Source of the DNA: Pseudidiomarina andamanensis
GTDB taxonomy: Bacteria > Pseudomonadota > Gammaproteobacteria > Enterobacterales > Alteromonadaceae
Length of the DNA: 32,000 nucleotides
Direction of reading: 5' to 3'
Assembly (NCBI RefSeq): GCF_009734345.1
Contig: NZ_CP032551.1
Location: 1,110,001 to 1,142,000, forward strand
Positions 9,390-19,152 of this stretch are shown here, piece by piece. Under the pieces are notes generated by a model, which was given only the letters and a program-made list of their open reading frames with translations, made no database searches and was not told the DNA's origin. Position 1 is the first letter of the stretch, and the number at the start of each line of letters is the position of its first letter. Both the position numbers and the translations under genes were made by a program.

Positions 9390-10103
9390 ATGAATAGCAT
9401 AGCTGAACGCATAAAAGAAGTCCGTAATGAAATTGCTCGCATCTGCAATCAACACGAACGCGAGCAAAATAGCGTGAAATTAATTGCGGTAAGTAAAACG
9501 AAACCCTCGACAGATATTGCCTCTGCGTATCATGCTGGGCAACGCGATTTCGGTGAAAACTACGTTCAAGAAGCAATTGCAAAGATTATGCAATTGTCAG
9601 AGTACGACATCACATGGCATTTTATTGGACCAATTCAATCGAACAAAACCCGAGATATCGCCGAGCACTTTGCGTGGGTTCATAGTGTTGATAGAGCAAA
9701 AATCGCACGTCGATTAGCGGAACAACGTCCAACGAATATGCCGCCGTTAAATGTTCTCATTCAGGTCAATATTGATGACGATCAAGCGAAGGCCGGTGTA
9801 TCGCCGGAAGATGTTGCCGAGCTTGCTGCCGTTATCAGTGAATTTCCGCAATTGCAGCTGCGCGGTTTAATGACAATACCGGCGGTGCAAGCAGAACCGA
9901 GTGATTCAGCTTCCAGCTTCCTCGCCATGCAGCGGTTGTTTTTAGAGTTACAGTCCCAATATAAACAAGTAGATACCTTATCAATGGGTATGAGCGCTGA
10001 CTGGCCCTATGCGGTTGCTGCTGGAGCAACCATGATACGAATTGGCACAGCATTGTTTGGCGCTCGAGCAAATACACCAAATAATACAGGAGACCCTGCA
10101 TGA
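9390..10103 (+). CDS. yggS: YggS-family pyridoxal-phosphate homeostasis protein
   Basis: Contains LIAVSKTKP (PLP lysine), FGENYVQE, WHFIGPIQSNK, LSMGMS.D and IRIGTALFG. An ATG at 9390 is preferred over the TTG at 9387; the choice is uncertain by one codon. Confidence 0.9.
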   Translation: MNSIAERIKEVRNEIARICNQHEREQNSVKLIAVSKTKPSTDIASAYHAGQRDFGENYVQEAIAKIMQLSEYDITWHFIGPIQSNKTRDIAEHFAWVHSVDRAKIARRLAEQRPTNMPPLNVLIQVNIDDDQAKAGVSPEDVAELAAVISEFPQLQLRGLMTIPAVQAEPSDSASSFLAMQRLFLELQSQYKQVDTLSMGMSADWPYAVAAGATMIRIGTALFGARANTPNNTGDPA

Positions 10104-10927
10104 CAACTTCGCCTCATAAAATCGCCTTTATTGGCGCCGGAAATATGACTCAAAGCATTGTTGGAGGCATGGTCAAAAGCGGTTATCCCAGCGATAACAT
10201 TTATGTCAGTAATCCTAGCCCAGAAAAACTCGAGAAATTAAAAAGCAACCTTAACGTACACACGAGTCAAGACAACCAAGTTGTTGCTAATGCAGCGGAT
10301 GTGATTGTGTTATCAGTTAAGCCGCAGCTTATGGCCGACGTTTGTGCCGCGTTAAAACAGCAAGTTTCTAATCTTTCCGATAAGTTAATTGTAACCATCG
10401 CTGCTGGCATTCGTATTGAAAAATATCGGCAGTATTTAGGTAACGACATTCGCATGATTCGCGTCATGCCTAATACCCCATCATTGGTTGGTAAAGGCAT
10501 GTCTGGTTTGGTTGCAGATGACCGCGTCTCAGAAGCCGATAAAGCATTTATCACCGAAGCATTTGATGGCGTAGGCGCAACATTGTGGGTAACTGACGAA
10601 GATGAGTTAGATATTCTTGGCGCAGTTGCAGGTAGCGGACCTGCCTACTTCTTTGAATTTATGGCAAGTTTACAAAAGGCAGCAACCGCACTTGGGTTTG
10701 ATCGTGATAAAGCCCGTCAAATGGTACAACAAACCGCTTTGGGGGCGGCTGAGATGGCGATTGCCAGTGACCTTGAGCTCGAAGAGTTACGTAAACAAGT
10801 GACGAGCAAGGGTGGCTCGACGGCTAAAGGCATCGAGGTTTATCAAGCCGCAGATATTGATGACATTTCAGGCCAAGCAGTTAAAGCAGCTGTGCAGCGC
10901 AACCAAGAAATGGCTAAACTGTTTTAA
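10100..10927 (+). CDS. proC: Pyrroline-5-carboxylate reductase
   Basis: 275 aa. IAFIGAGNM Rossmann motif, VMPNTP, GSGPAYFF and SKGGSTA. 4-nt ATGA overlap with yggS. Confidence 0.9.
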   Translation: MTTSPHKIAFIGAGNMTQSIVGGMVKSGYPSDNIYVSNPSPEKLEKLKSNLNVHTSQDNQVVANAADVIVLSVKPQLMADVCAALKQQVSNLSDKLIVTIAAGIRIEKYRQYLGNDIRMIRVMPNTPSLVGKGMSGLVADDRVSEADKAFITEAFDGVGATLWVTDEDELDILGAVAGSGPAYFFEFMASLQKAATALGFDRDKARQMVQQTALGAAEMAIASDLELEELRKQVTSKGGSTAKGIEVYQAADIDDISGQAVKAAVQRNQEMAKLF

Positions 10928-10949
10928 ATAATTTATTTAGAGAACCTAT

Positions 10950-11501
10950 ATGAACGCGTTACGCTTTTTGGTCGAGATTGTCTTTGATTTGTTCCTGATA
11001 GTTGTGTTGCTGCGCATATGGATGCAGGCTGCGCGAGCTGATTACTTTAATCCAATGAGTCAGTTTGTCGTAAAAGTCACGAATCCAATCGTCAAACCAC
11101 TACGCAGCTTTCTACCGATGGTTGGCCAATGGGATCTTGCGAGCCTTGTTCTCGCCTACTTGGTCGGCATTGGTAAAATTCTAGTGCTTTCCAATATTGC
11201 AGCAGGCATGACACCAATGTTCAGCGATACGTTGCTGATGGGCTTAGCCGTTGTGGTATTCCAGTTCCTTTCGTTGCTATTTTGGCTAGTTATCATTATG
11301 GCTATTATGAGTTGGTTTAATCGTGGCTATAACCCAATGATGGCAATGATTGAGCAACTCACGCAGCCTTTCTTGGCGCCAATTCGTCGAATTATTCCAC
11401 CTATTGGGGGCCTCGACTTATCGGTACTTGTTCTCATTGTTGCGATTCAATTTGTACGTATATTGCTCAGCAACCTCTTTGGCATAGGAATGGGGTTATG
11501 A
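10950..11501 (+). CDS. yggT: YggT-family integral membrane protein
   Basis: 183 aa, multi-TM. It occupies the conserved yggS-proC-yggT position, and the repeated YggT-type segments include ...NP....V...T.P...P.R and PIGGLDLS. Confidence 0.8.
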   Translation: MNALRFLVEIVFDLFLIVVLLRIWMQAARADYFNPMSQFVVKVTNPIVKPLRSFLPMVGQWDLASLVLAYLVGIGKILVLSNIAAGMTPMFSDTLLMGLAVVVFQFLSLLFWLVIIMAIMSWFNRGYNPMMAMIEQLTQPFLAPIRRIIPPIGGLDLSVLVLIVAIQFVRILLSNLFGIGMGL

Positions 11502-11935
11502 AACATGTTCTCGTCTGCATTTTAACTGCCGTACTCATTGTAGTAGGTATCAATGATGTCAAGGCTGAGCAAAGTAAACGATTAGGCCCTTGGGAAGTGC
11601 ATTACAACGCCTTTAATTCAACCTTGCTACGCCCTGAAATGGCGAAACAATACCAGCTCTCGCGTAGCGAAACTCTAGCCACGCTGAACATTTCGGTGTT
11701 AGATGCGACAGCGCCCGGAAAGCCAGCCCAGCAAGTTGAAATTTCAGGTTATGTCATGAACCCATTGAGTCAACAACAAACCTTAGAATTTAACGAAGTT
11801 ATTGAAGGTGATGCGGTTTATTACCTCGCTCAAACGCGATTCTCTAACCTTGAAACCCTGCGGTTTTTTATAACCATTAAACAGGGTGAACAGACGCAAG
11901 AACTGCGATTTCATAAAGAGTTTTGGGCTAACTAA
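11498..11935 (+). CDS. Secreted DUF4426-like protein
   Basis: 145 aa with a signal peptide (MKHVLVCILTAVLIVVGINDVKA). WEVHYNAFNSTLLRPEMAKQY...LNISV matches my recollection of the DUF4426 family that follows yggT in Pseudomonas-like genomes. 4-nt overlap with yggT. Confidence 0.6.
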   Translation: MKHVLVCILTAVLIVVGINDVKAEQSKRLGPWEVHYNAFNSTLLRPEMAKQYQLSRSETLATLNISVLDATAPGKPAQQVEISGYVMNPLSQQQTLEFNEVIEGDAVYYLAQTRFSNLETLRFFITIKQGEQTQELRFHKEFWAN

Positions 11936-11953
11936 GAGCTATTAATATTTATT

Positions 11954-11979
11954 AAGGCCAACGTGCTAGTTGGCCTTTT
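11954..11979. terminator. Hairpin between convergent genes (aaggccaac-gtgcta-gttggcctt + TTTT)
   Basis: A 9-bp perfect stem (11954-11962 / 11969-11977) with a T-run on the + strand. It overlaps the last codons and stop of the minus-strand antiporter gene. It probably terminates the yggS-proC-yggT operon. Confidence 0.6.
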
Positions 11980-13705
11980 CATCCAGCAGTTTCACACCGA
12001 CTTGTTGAATAAAACCTTCATCAGTGACTTCCCGCACCGTCAGTAAAACTAACCCGAGTTGCAATTGATCACCAACCACCACACGGCGATGGAATTTCTG
12101 CGTAAAGTAGTCATGTAGTGACACAGCGAGCAATTTGCTGTCTAGGCTGCCGACGGGGTAGAAACCCGCAACCTCTTTTAATAACAAATCACCGCGCAAA
12201 GTAAAGTCACCGAAGAACTCGCTACTTTGTAGTTCAGTTGTTTTGCCGCCGGCGGAAAGCACTCGGCTAATTGCGCCCACATGCTCGAGTTTTGCGACCA
12301 CAATCACTGTATCGGCTTCTCGTAAAACAGGCTGACTTTTGGGTAACAGCCACTCACCTTCGCGAATGATACCGACAAACTCGACATCGACATTCCAGCG
12401 CAGCTCGTCCCAACAGTGATCGCATGCTGGTGAACGCTCACTTATTTGGTATACCCATACTTCCATCGGATCTTTACTACCGAGTCGATCTAGCGGCATC
12501 CGTCGGTCTGGCTCTGCGGGAGCTGGCACTTCAAGCCCCAGCCAGCGCGCCATTGGCGCTAACGACCAACCTTGAACAATGAGTGATACCATCACCACCA
12601 TGAAAGCAATATCGAAATAGAGCTCTTGATTTGGCACCCCGGTTAACCACGGATAAAGAGCAAGAATAATCGGCACTGCGCCGCGCAAGCCGACCCAACT
12701 AATAAATACTTGTTCGCGCCATGGAAACACAAACGGTATAAGGCTAACTAAAACTGCAAGTGGGCGTGCGACAAAAATCATCAGCACGGCAACGCTCAGT
12801 GACAAGCTCCAATGTTCCATCAAGTGCGACGGAGTAACTAATAATCCTAATATCAAAAACATCATGATTTGACTAAGCCAAGCCAAACCATCCTGCACCT
12901 GCAAAATATGCGGCAACTGCGGTAAACGGGAGTTACCAATCTTGTATCCCATTAAGTACACTGCTAAATAACCACTGCCGCCAATTCCCGATGTCATGGC
13001 AAAAATAACGACGGCAGAGGCCGCAGCTAACAAAGGGAAAAAAGAAAACTGTACGGAGATTTTTTGTGCCATCCAAACAAAAGCTCGACCACCTACCCAA
13101 CCTGCCAAATAACCGATAACAACCTGTTGAACAACGTCAAGACTTATCCAAGCCAATGAGAAGCTCTCAGCTGATGCAATGATTGAAGTTAGGGTCATGG
13201 TGAGAATAATCGCCATCGGGTCGTTAGTTCCCGATTCAATTTCAAGCGTTGAGGCAACCCGTTGCTTGATGCGCAAATTCTGAGATTGGAAAATACTAAA
13301 TACGGCAGCGGCATCAGTTGAGCTAAGAATTGCACCAATCAGAAGTGCTGTTGGCCATGGTAAATCAAACAACCACACCACCCCTGAAGCAGTTATCGCA
13401 CAGGTTAATGCAACACCGACCGTTGCTAAGCTAATCGCGGGCCACAGGGCAACTCGAAAACGCTCTTTGTGAGTTCGCATACCACCATCAAAAAGGATGA
13501 TTACCAGCGCTAGAGAACCAATAAAAAAGGCGACTTCAGGATTACTAAATTCAATGCCGAGCACGCCCTCTTCGCCCGCCAGCATGCCAACCACAAGAAA
13601 TGTGAGAAGCAGCGGTGCGCCGAGTCGATTCGAAACCACTGCCGCTAGAATACTAATTAGCAGCAGCGACCCCATCAACAGCATGATTCCAGTAATGCTG
13701 GCCAA
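11966..13705 (-). CDS. nhaP2: K+/H+ (cation:proton) antiporter, NhaP2/CvrA type, with C-terminal TrkA-C-like domain
   Basis: 579 aa. The N-terminal half has about 12 TM helices (LLLTFLVVGMLAGEEGVLGI, LFDGGMRT, ESGTNDPMAI). The soluble C-terminal domain contains ADTVIVVAKLEHV. Length and architecture match NhaP2/CvrA. Confidence 0.85.
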   Translation of the reverse strand: MASITGIMLLMGSLLLISILAAVVSNRLGAPLLLTFLVVGMLAGEEGVLGIEFSNPEVAFFIGSLALVIILFDGGMRTHKERFRVALWPAISLATVGVALTCAITASGVVWLFDLPWPTALLIGAILSSTDAAAVFSIFQSQNLRIKQRVASTLEIESGTNDPMAIILTMTLTSIIASAESFSLAWISLDVVQQVVIGYLAGWVGGRAFVWMAQKISVQFSFFPLLAAASAVVIFAMTSGIGGSGYLAVYLMGYKIGNSRLPQLPHILQVQDGLAWLSQIMMFLILGLLVTPSHLMEHWSLSLSVAVLMIFVARPLAVLVSLIPFVFPWREQVFISWVGLRGAVPIILALYPWLTGVPNQELYFDIAFMVVMVSLIVQGWSLAPMARWLGLEVPAPAEPDRRMPLDRLGSKDPMEVWVYQISERSPACDHCWDELRWNVDVEFVGIIREGEWLLPKSQPVLREADTVIVVAKLEHVGAISRVLSAGGKTTELQSSEFFGDFTLRGDLLLKEVAGFYPVGSLDSKLLAVSLHDYFTQKFHRRVVVGDQLQLGLVLLTVREVTDEGFIQQVGVKLLDEKAN

Positions 13706-13716
13706 ATTTTCTCTCC

Positions 13717-13745
13717 TTGGTCACGATGCCCTTGACCCGTATAAT
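13717..13745 (+). promoter_or_regulatory. Candidate sigma70 promoter for rdgB-hemW (TTGGTC - 17 nt - TATAAT)
   Basis: -35 TTGGTC at 13717-13722, an exact 17-nt spacer, and a consensus -10 TATAAT at 13740-13745, 34 nt upstream of the rdgB ATG. Confidence 0.5.
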
Positions 13746-13778
13746 AACAGGCAAATATAAAATACGGGTGAAAAATTC

Positions 13779-14375
13779 ATGCATGAATTAGTCTTAGCGA
13801 CAGGTAATAAAGGCAAAGTTGCCGAATTAGAAGGGCTTCTACAACCGTTAGGTTGGCAAGTTAAACCCCAGTCTGAATGGAACTTCGCCGAGGTTGAAGA
13901 GACCGGTTTAACATTTATTGAAAACGCTATTTTAAAAGCCCGACATGCAGCCGAACTAACTGGACTACCAGCTTTAGCAGATGACTCAGGTTTGGCTGTT
14001 AACGCCCTAGATGGTGCGCCTGGAATTTATTCAGCTCGGTATGCCGGACTTGGCTGCACCGATCAAGAGAACATCGACAAATTACTCGCTGCACTGCAAG
14101 ATATTCCTGACGCGGAGCGTCAAGCGAGCTTCCATTGCGTATTGGTTTATATGCGTCATGCCAATGACCCAACTCCTATTGTGTGTCACGGACGTTGGGA
14201 TGGCATGATCGCTACTGCACAGCATGGTGACCATGGATTTGGTTATGATCCCGTATTTTGGTTACCGGAACTCAATTGTACGGCGGCTCAACTTAGTGCC
14301 TCACAGAAGCAACAGCTTAGTCATCGTGGTAAAGCATTGCGGCAATTGGTTGAACAGCTTCAGGCATCGCTATGA
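13779..14375 (+). CDS. rdgB: dITP/XTP pyrophosphatase (non-canonical purine NTP pyrophosphatase)
   Basis: 198 aa. [46 protein letters not shown] and SHRG.A. Confidence 0.9.
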   Translation: MHELVLATGNKGKVAELEGLLQPLGWQVKPQSEWNFAEVEETGLTFIENAILKARHAAELTGLPALADDSGLAVNALDGAPGIYSARYAGLGCTDQENIDKLLAALQDIPDAERQASFHCVLVYMRHANDPTPIVCHGRWDGMIATAQHGDHGFGYDPVFWLPELNCTAAQLSASQKQQLSHRGKALRQLVEQLQASL

Positions 14376-15514
14376 ATCAGCTAAGACTACCACTTTCACT
14401 GTATGTTCATATACCGTGGTGCGTACAAAAGTGTCCCTATTGTGATTTCAATTCACATGCCTTAAAACACGATATTCCAGAAACCATCTACGTGGCTCGG
14501 CTGCTTGATGATCTACGAGCTGATTTATCATGGGTTCAGGGCCGCGAACTTACGAGTATCTTTATTGGCGGTGGCACACCAAGTTTGTTTAATGCAAATA
14601 GTATTAAACAGCTGATCGACGGCATCGCCGCTTTGATACCATTGCAAGCTGACTGCGAAATTACCCTAGAAGCGAATCCTGGCACCTTTGAGACTGAGCG
14701 TTTTTCCGGGTTCGTCGATGCCGGAGTCACTCGGCTTTCAATTGGTGTTCAGAGTCTGCAAGAAGAACAGTTGCAGGCGTTAGGCAGAATTCATGATCCG
14801 CATCAGGCAATAACTGCCGCAACTCATGCTACCTCTCTGCCGCTGAAAAGTTTTAATCTTGATTTGATGCACGGCTTACCCGGTCAAACGCTTAACGATG
14901 CAATGTCTGATTTGGATGGTATTATTGCCCTCAACCCTCCCCATATATCGTGGTACCAACTAACGATAGAGCCAAACACAGCATTTGCGAGTCGACCTCC
15001 ACAGTTACCGGAAGATGATGAGTTATGGGCAATTCAAGAACACGGACATGAAAAGCTGATTGCTGCCGGTTACCAACAATACGAAGTAAGTGCTTACGCA
15101 AAAGAAGGACACCAAAGTAAGCATAACCGTAACTATTGGATGTTCGGTGACTACCTTGGAATTGGTTGCGGTGCGCACAGCAAAATAACGATGCCAGCAA
15201 CTGGCGAAATTATTCGTTGCGAGAAAATAAAGCATCCACAAGGCTACCTCGATTTAACGCGTCCGTTGCGTTACCGCCAATGGGTAGTTGAAGTTAACGA
15301 GCGCCCCTTTGAATTCTTTATGAATTATTTTCGGTTACTCGAGCCAGTGCCCAAAGCAGCGTTCGAAGACTTTACTGGTTTATCAGCAGCCGTTGCTGAC
15401 AAACTTTTGAAAGAGGCAATACAGAAAAACCTGGTTGTTGATTGCGGGCGTTATTGGGAGACAACCCAGCTCGGCAGACGTTACCTCAATAGCGTTTTAG
15501 ATTTATTGGTATAA
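14372..15514 (+). CDS. hemW: Radical-SAM heme chaperone HemW
   Basis: 380 aa. [19 protein letters not shown] (CxxxCxxC), IFIGGGTPS and RLSIGVQS. 4-nt overlap with rdgB, matching the conserved rdgB-hemW pair. Confidence 0.9.
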   Translation: MNQLRLPLSLYVHIPWCVQKCPYCDFNSHALKHDIPETIYVARLLDDLRADLSWVQGRELTSIFIGGGTPSLFNANSIKQLIDGIAALIPLQADCEITLEANPGTFETERFSGFVDAGVTRLSIGVQSLQEEQLQALGRIHDPHQAITAATHATSLPLKSFNLDLMHGLPGQTLNDAMSDLDGIIALNPPHISWYQLTIEPNTAFASRPPQLPEDDELWAIQEHGHEKLIAAGYQQYEVSAYAKEGHQSKHNRNYWMFGDYLGIGCGAHSKITMPATGEIIRCEKIKHPQGYLDLTRPLRYRQWVVEVNERPFEFFMNYFRLLEPVPKAAFEDFTGLSAAVADKLLKEAIQKNLVVDCGRYWETTQLGRRYLNSVLDLLV

Positions 15515-15518
15515 GCTT

Positions 15519-15540
15519 GAGCGAGTTATTCAACTCGCTC
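15519..15540. other. Stem-loop between convergent hemW and trmB (gagcgagtt-attc-aactcgctc)
   Basis: A 9-bp perfect stem read directly. It overlaps the trmB stop region. No U-run follows on either strand, so a terminator role is uncertain. Confidence 0.35.
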
Positions 15541-16242
15541 GAACTTCAAATCCCAAACGCCATGGCCAAGACGCTCACCGCGTTGTTCGAATTTTGTCAG
15601 AGGTCGTTCTGCTGGTCGCTGAATATAAGTATTACTTTCTGACAAATTACGCCAATGCTGCGCGACATTCATTACTTCTAGCATATGTTCCGCGTAATTT
15701 TCCCAATCTGTTGCCAAGTGCAACACACCACCAATAGCTAACTTACGACGCAATAATTCGACAAATTCAGGTTGAATTAAACGTCGTTTATGGTGGCGCT
15801 TCTTGTGCCAAGGGTCTGGAAAGAAAATCTGAACCGTTGCGAGACTTGAGTCTGCGATATTATCTTTAAGAACTTCGACGGCATCGTGTTCATATACGCG
15901 TAAATTTGTTAAACCAGCGTCTTCTGCATCCATCAAACAAGAGCCAACACCTGGCCGATGCACTTCAATACCAATAAAATTCTTTTCTGGCGCTGCTTGT
16001 GCCATCGCAACCAAGGATTTCCCCATACCAAAACCGATTTCTAACACGGTTGGTGCTTGACGGCCAAACACCTGCTCAAGATTCAGCAGTCCTTGCTCGT
16101 GGGTCAATCCCATGATGGGCCAGCTACGTTCAAGAGCAGCTGCCTGCCCTTTGGTTAGACGACCTTCGCGCTTTACAAAGCTGCGGACCTTACGAATGTA
16201 TTTCCCCTCAGCTTGGGCTTTCTCTAAATTTTCTGAACTCAT
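15526..16242 (-). CDS. trmB: tRNA (guanine-N7)-methyltransferase
   Basis: Contains [35 protein letters not shown] and HLATDW. The start is set at ATG 16240-16242 (238 aa, AGAGG SD upstream). The longer track ORF to 16320 would run through the ompA-family terminator hairpin. Confidence 0.9.
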   Translation of the reverse strand: MSSENLEKAQAEGKYIRKVRSFVKREGRLTKGQAAALERSWPIMGLTHEQGLLNLEQVFGRQAPTVLEIGFGMGKSLVAMAQAAPEKNFIGIEVHRPGVGSCLMDAEDAGLTNLRVYEHDAVEVLKDNIADSSLATVQIFFPDPWHKKRHHKRRLIQPEFVELLRRKLAIGGVLHLATDWENYAEHMLEVMNVAQHWRNLSESNTYIQRPAERPLTKFEQRGERLGHGVWDLKFERVE

Positions 16243-16310
16243 GATGCCTCTATTTCGTAGTGCGCGAATTATTAAATGGAATAAGTTTAATTTTGCGGCG
16301 CTCATTATGC

Positions 16311-16346
16311 AAAAAGGCACGCCAAACGCAAGTTTGGCGTGCCTTT
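16311..16346 (-). terminator. Rho-independent terminator of the OmpA-family gene
   Basis: A 15-bp perfect stem aaaggcacgccaaac / gtttggcgtgccttt with a 4-nt loop. A T-run follows on the minus strand (A-run 16311-16315 on +). It lies about 20 nt downstream of the stop at 16368. Confidence 0.8.
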
Positions 16347-16367
16347 AACTTTTGAATAATGGTTAGA

Positions 16368-17450
16368 TTATTCTTTAACTGGAACCTGCTTAGTTACAGA
16401 CATTACCGCTTCAATGCGACGGTTCTTCGCGCGATTATCTGCTGAGTTGTTTGGATATTTCGGACGGCTCTCACCGTAACCTTCTGTTGTTACACGAGAA
16501 GCAGCGATACCGAAATCATTCACTAAGCTATTACCTACAGCTTTTGCACGACGCTCAGACAATTGCTGGTTGTATGTTGCCGCGCCGGTATCATCAGTGT
16601 GACCTTCAATAACCACGTCTAGCTGTGGATATTCTTTTAAGAACTCAGCTGTTTCACGAATATCTGATTTTTGCGAGTCAGGAATTTCGTCAGAATTCAG
16701 TGCAAATGTTACAACCAATTCACGAGTGACCGTTTCGTTGGCGTACATAACACAGCCATCTGCATCAACTTTGAAGCCAGCTTGGGTGTTTGGACACTTG
16801 TCCATATCATCGTTTACGCCATCACCGTCTGAATCAACAACAACGGGTGCAACTGGCGCCGGAGCTGGCGCTGGTGCTGGTGCCGGTTCTGGTTTCGTAT
16901 AGGTAGATTCAGATGTTCCACCAAAGTAATAGCGGAGACCGGTCATCAACATAAATTCAGTAAGGTCGCCATCACTCTGTTGTACAGCACCTTCGAATGA
17001 GATCGCCCAATTATCATTTAAGAATTCTTTATAACCAGCACCAACCCGCAAGAAGCGGTTGTTGATGTCACTGAACTCAGTTGAGTTGATACCTACAGCA
17101 CCATAGAAGTTCGATGAGAAGTTATAAATTAAATCAACACCATAAGCGCTGCCGGTAGAGCTATCACTCGACGTCTCTAGATCACCACGTAAGTAATCAT
17201 AATAAACTCGGTATCCCCACTCAGGAGTAAATTGATAACCAAGTTCTAAACCACCCATCACTGAATCAAAGCCACCGCCAAAGGATTGCAGTTGGTTATT
17301 TTCGATAACCCGACGATCAGAATCTGTGCCGAACACACCAATGCGCGGGCCTACATAAATGCTACCCGGCTCGTCGCCTTGGAATGCCATAACTGGTGCA
17401 GCCATTAATGAAGAAATGACAGCTGCCGATACCATTGATAACCGTTTCAT
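16368..17450 (-). CDS. OmpA-family outer-membrane protein (beta-barrel + Pro-Ala linker + TSP3-like Ca-binding motif + OmpA C-domain)
   Basis: The start is set at ATG 17448-17450, with AAGGAG 5 nt upstream and a signal peptide MKRLSMVSAAVISSLMAAPVMA. The barrel region is rich in aromatic-ended strands. Then come the PEPAPAPAPAPAPVAP linker, DSDGDGVNDDMDKCPNT...VDADGC, and the C-terminal GHTD.TG....N..LS.RRA..V and NRRIE peptidoglycan-binding signature. Confidence 0.85.
   Translation of the reverse strand: MKRLSMVSAAVISSLMAAPVMAFQGDEPGSIYVGPRIGVFGTDSDRRVIENNQLQSFGGGFDSVMGGLELGYQFTPEWGYRVYYDYLRGDLETSSDSSTGSAYGVDLIYNFSSNFYGAVGINSTEFSDINNRFLRVGAGYKEFLNDNWAISFEGAVQQSDGDLTEFMLMTGLRYYFGGTSESTYTKPEPAPAPAPAPAPVAPVVVDSDGDGVNDDMDKCPNTQAGFKVDADGCVMYANETVTRELVVTFALNSDEIPDSQKSDIRETAEFLKEYPQLDVVIEGHTDDTGAATYNQQLSERRAKAVGNSLVNDFGIAASRVTTEGYGESRPKYPNNSADNRAKNRRIEAVMSVTKQVPVKE
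16846..16892 (-). repeat. Imperfect GCNGGN hexanucleotide tandem repeat encoding the (Pro-Ala)n linker
   Basis: + strand ggtgcaactggcgccggagctggcgctggtgctggtgccggttctgg, which encodes PEPAPAPAPAPAPVAP on the minus strand. Confidence 0.7.
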
Positions 17451-17588
17451 GAGATGCTCCTTGTGTTTTCTCATAGGCCAATTTGTTAACTTGGCTTTAG
17501 TATAGTACAAATTCGAAAAAAAAGCCTGATCCAACGGGGCTTTACAGATTTTTTGCGACTTTATTAACCATTAACTTACAAAAAATTC

Positions 17589-18602
17589 ATGATTGATAAG
17601 ACTTCTAGCGCCATCATTACGCCATTGAGCACATTAAAGTTCAGCGAAACTCTAACTTTATGGCAGAAAGTTCATGGTCGGAATGACCTCCCTTGGCAAC
17701 AGGAAATTACGCCTTATCGCGTGTTAGTAAGCGAACTCATGTTGCAGCAAACTCAGGTAACTACTGTCATCCCTTATTTTGAGCGTTGGCTACAACATTT
17801 CCCGACTGTCGTAGCATTGGCTGAAGCTTCTGAAGATGAGGTGATGACCCAATGGCAAGGGCTGGGGTACTACTCGCGGGCCAGAAACTTACACAAAGCT
17901 GCAAAGTTTGTCGTAAACGAACTAAATGGGCAACTGCCAGATAATGCTGAGCAACTCAGAGAGGTTCCCGGTGTTGGCCCTTACACAGCAGGCGCAATTT
18001 CGGCGTTTGCATTTAATAAACCAGCAGCGATAGTTGATGGCAATGTGAAACGTCTCTTTAGTCGCTATTTTGGAATTGAAGGCGATATTTCGTCAGCAAA
18101 GGTCAACAAAACTATTTGGTCCTACGCAGAGCGGTATACGCCAACCGTTAATAACCGGCGCTACGCACAAGCGCTGCTTGATCTTGGTGCAACTGTCTGT
18201 ACACCTCGTTCACCGGATTGCCAACAGTGTCCCATAAGGACAAGTTGTAATGCCTATGCAACAGGTCGCGTTGATATTCTGCCCGAGAAGAAAGCGAAGA
18301 AAAAAATACCAACACGTCGTGGCTACTTCGTACTTGACCTAACCACAGATGGCGTCATTTTAACGCAACGCTCAGGGGACGGTATTTGGCCTCGACTATG
18401 GTGCTTACCTCAAATATTGGAACCATTAGAAACAGCTTCAATTCATGGAAGCTTTAAACATATTTTTTCTCACTATAAGCTAGACGCGACGGTCATTATT
18501 GAATCAGCAGAACAATTTGGCCAACGAATACCTTTAGAACAATTAGATAACTATGGATTACCTACCCCTATTCGTAAATATCTTAATACGTTGCGTGTAT
18601 AA
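17589..18602 (+). CDS. mutY: A/G-specific adenine DNA glycosylase
   Basis: 337 aa. LPWQQ..TPYRV.VSE.MLQQTQV, GLGYY.RARNLH, the helix-hairpin-helix GVG.YTAGAI, the 4Fe-4S cluster loop CTPRSPDCQQCPIRTSC, and a NUDIX-like C-domain. Confidence 0.9.
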   Translation: MIDKTSSAIITPLSTLKFSETLTLWQKVHGRNDLPWQQEITPYRVLVSELMLQQTQVTTVIPYFERWLQHFPTVVALAEASEDEVMTQWQGLGYYSRARNLHKAAKFVVNELNGQLPDNAEQLREVPGVGPYTAGAISAFAFNKPAAIVDGNVKRLFSRYFGIEGDISSAKVNKTIWSYAERYTPTVNNRRYAQALLDLGATVCTPRSPDCQQCPIRTSCNAYATGRVDILPEKKAKKKIPTRRGYFVLDLTTDGVILTQRSGDGIWPRLWCLPQILEPLETASIHGSFKHIFSHYKLDATVIIESAEQFGQRIPLEQLDNYGLPTPIRKYLNTLRV

Positions 18603-18691
18603 CTAGAGGCAATTAAAGCTTGGCTAAGTTTGCATTAACTGACATCCCCACCGTAAAATGACCATCAAATTTAAAGCCGAACGAGGTTGTC

Positions 18692-18964
18692 ATGAGCCGT
18701 ACCGTACATTGTGAATACCTGAAGAAAGAAGCTGAGGGTTTGGATTTCCAGCTTTACCCTGGTGAGTTGGGAGAAAAAATCTTTAATAGCATCTCAAAAC
18801 AAGCTTGGGCCGAATGGCAAAAGAAACAAACTATGTTAATCAACGAGAAACGTCTGAATTTGATGGATCCACAAGCACGAGCATTTCTTGAAGAACAAAT
18901 GCAAGCATTCTTATTTGAAGGTAAAGAAGTCGATATTGAAGGCTATACCCCTCCTGCTAAATAA
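18692..18964 (+). CDS. yggX: Oxidative-damage protection / Fe(2+)-trafficking protein YggX
   Basis: 90 aa. [25 protein letters not shown]...ISK.AW..W...QTMLINE..LN and the conserved mutY-yggX adjacency. Confidence 0.9.
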   Translation: MSRTVHCEYLKKEAEGLDFQLYPGELGEKIFNSISKQAWAEWQKKQTMLINEKRLNLMDPQARAFLEEQMQAFLFEGKEVDIEGYTPPAK

Positions 18965-18972
18965 ATATCTCT

Positions 18973-18998
18973 AAAAACCCCGCTTTGCGGGGTTTTTT
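18973..18998 (+). terminator. Rho-independent terminator after yggX
   Basis: aaaaa-ccccgc-ttt-gcgggg-tttttt: a 6-bp GC stem (18978-18983 / 18987-18992) followed by T6, 9 nt after the stop. Confidence 0.85.
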
Positions 18999-19152
18999 AA
19001 TGTTTAAAAAAAGTAAAGTTCAAGTCATTTAAAGCCCTATTTCCTTATCTTATGCCTTATATAGTGGGCATTTCTCTCACTTATCGCTCTCAACTAGAGA
19101 AACAACCTCAAATCTGTTAGACTACATACGAATTTTTCAAGAGGGAGAAGTT

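Noticed and set aside
17514-17550. Possible minus-strand terminator-like hairpin (aaagcc-11 nt-ggcttt followed by T8 on the minus strand) in the ompA/mutY divergent region
   Set aside because: The stem is only 6-7 bp with 3 G:C pairs and a large loop. There is no upstream minus-strand gene to terminate, since mutY runs the other way. The A/T tract is more likely an UP-like element of the ompA-family promoter.
18999-19152. Small ORFs (10 and 22 codons) and short repeats in the 188-bp yggX-proB spacer, considered as a possible proline leader peptide/attenuator
   Set aside because: The peptides are not Pro-rich, no alternative terminator/antiterminator pairing is evident, and there is no SD. 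I could not define a promoter either, so no feature is called.
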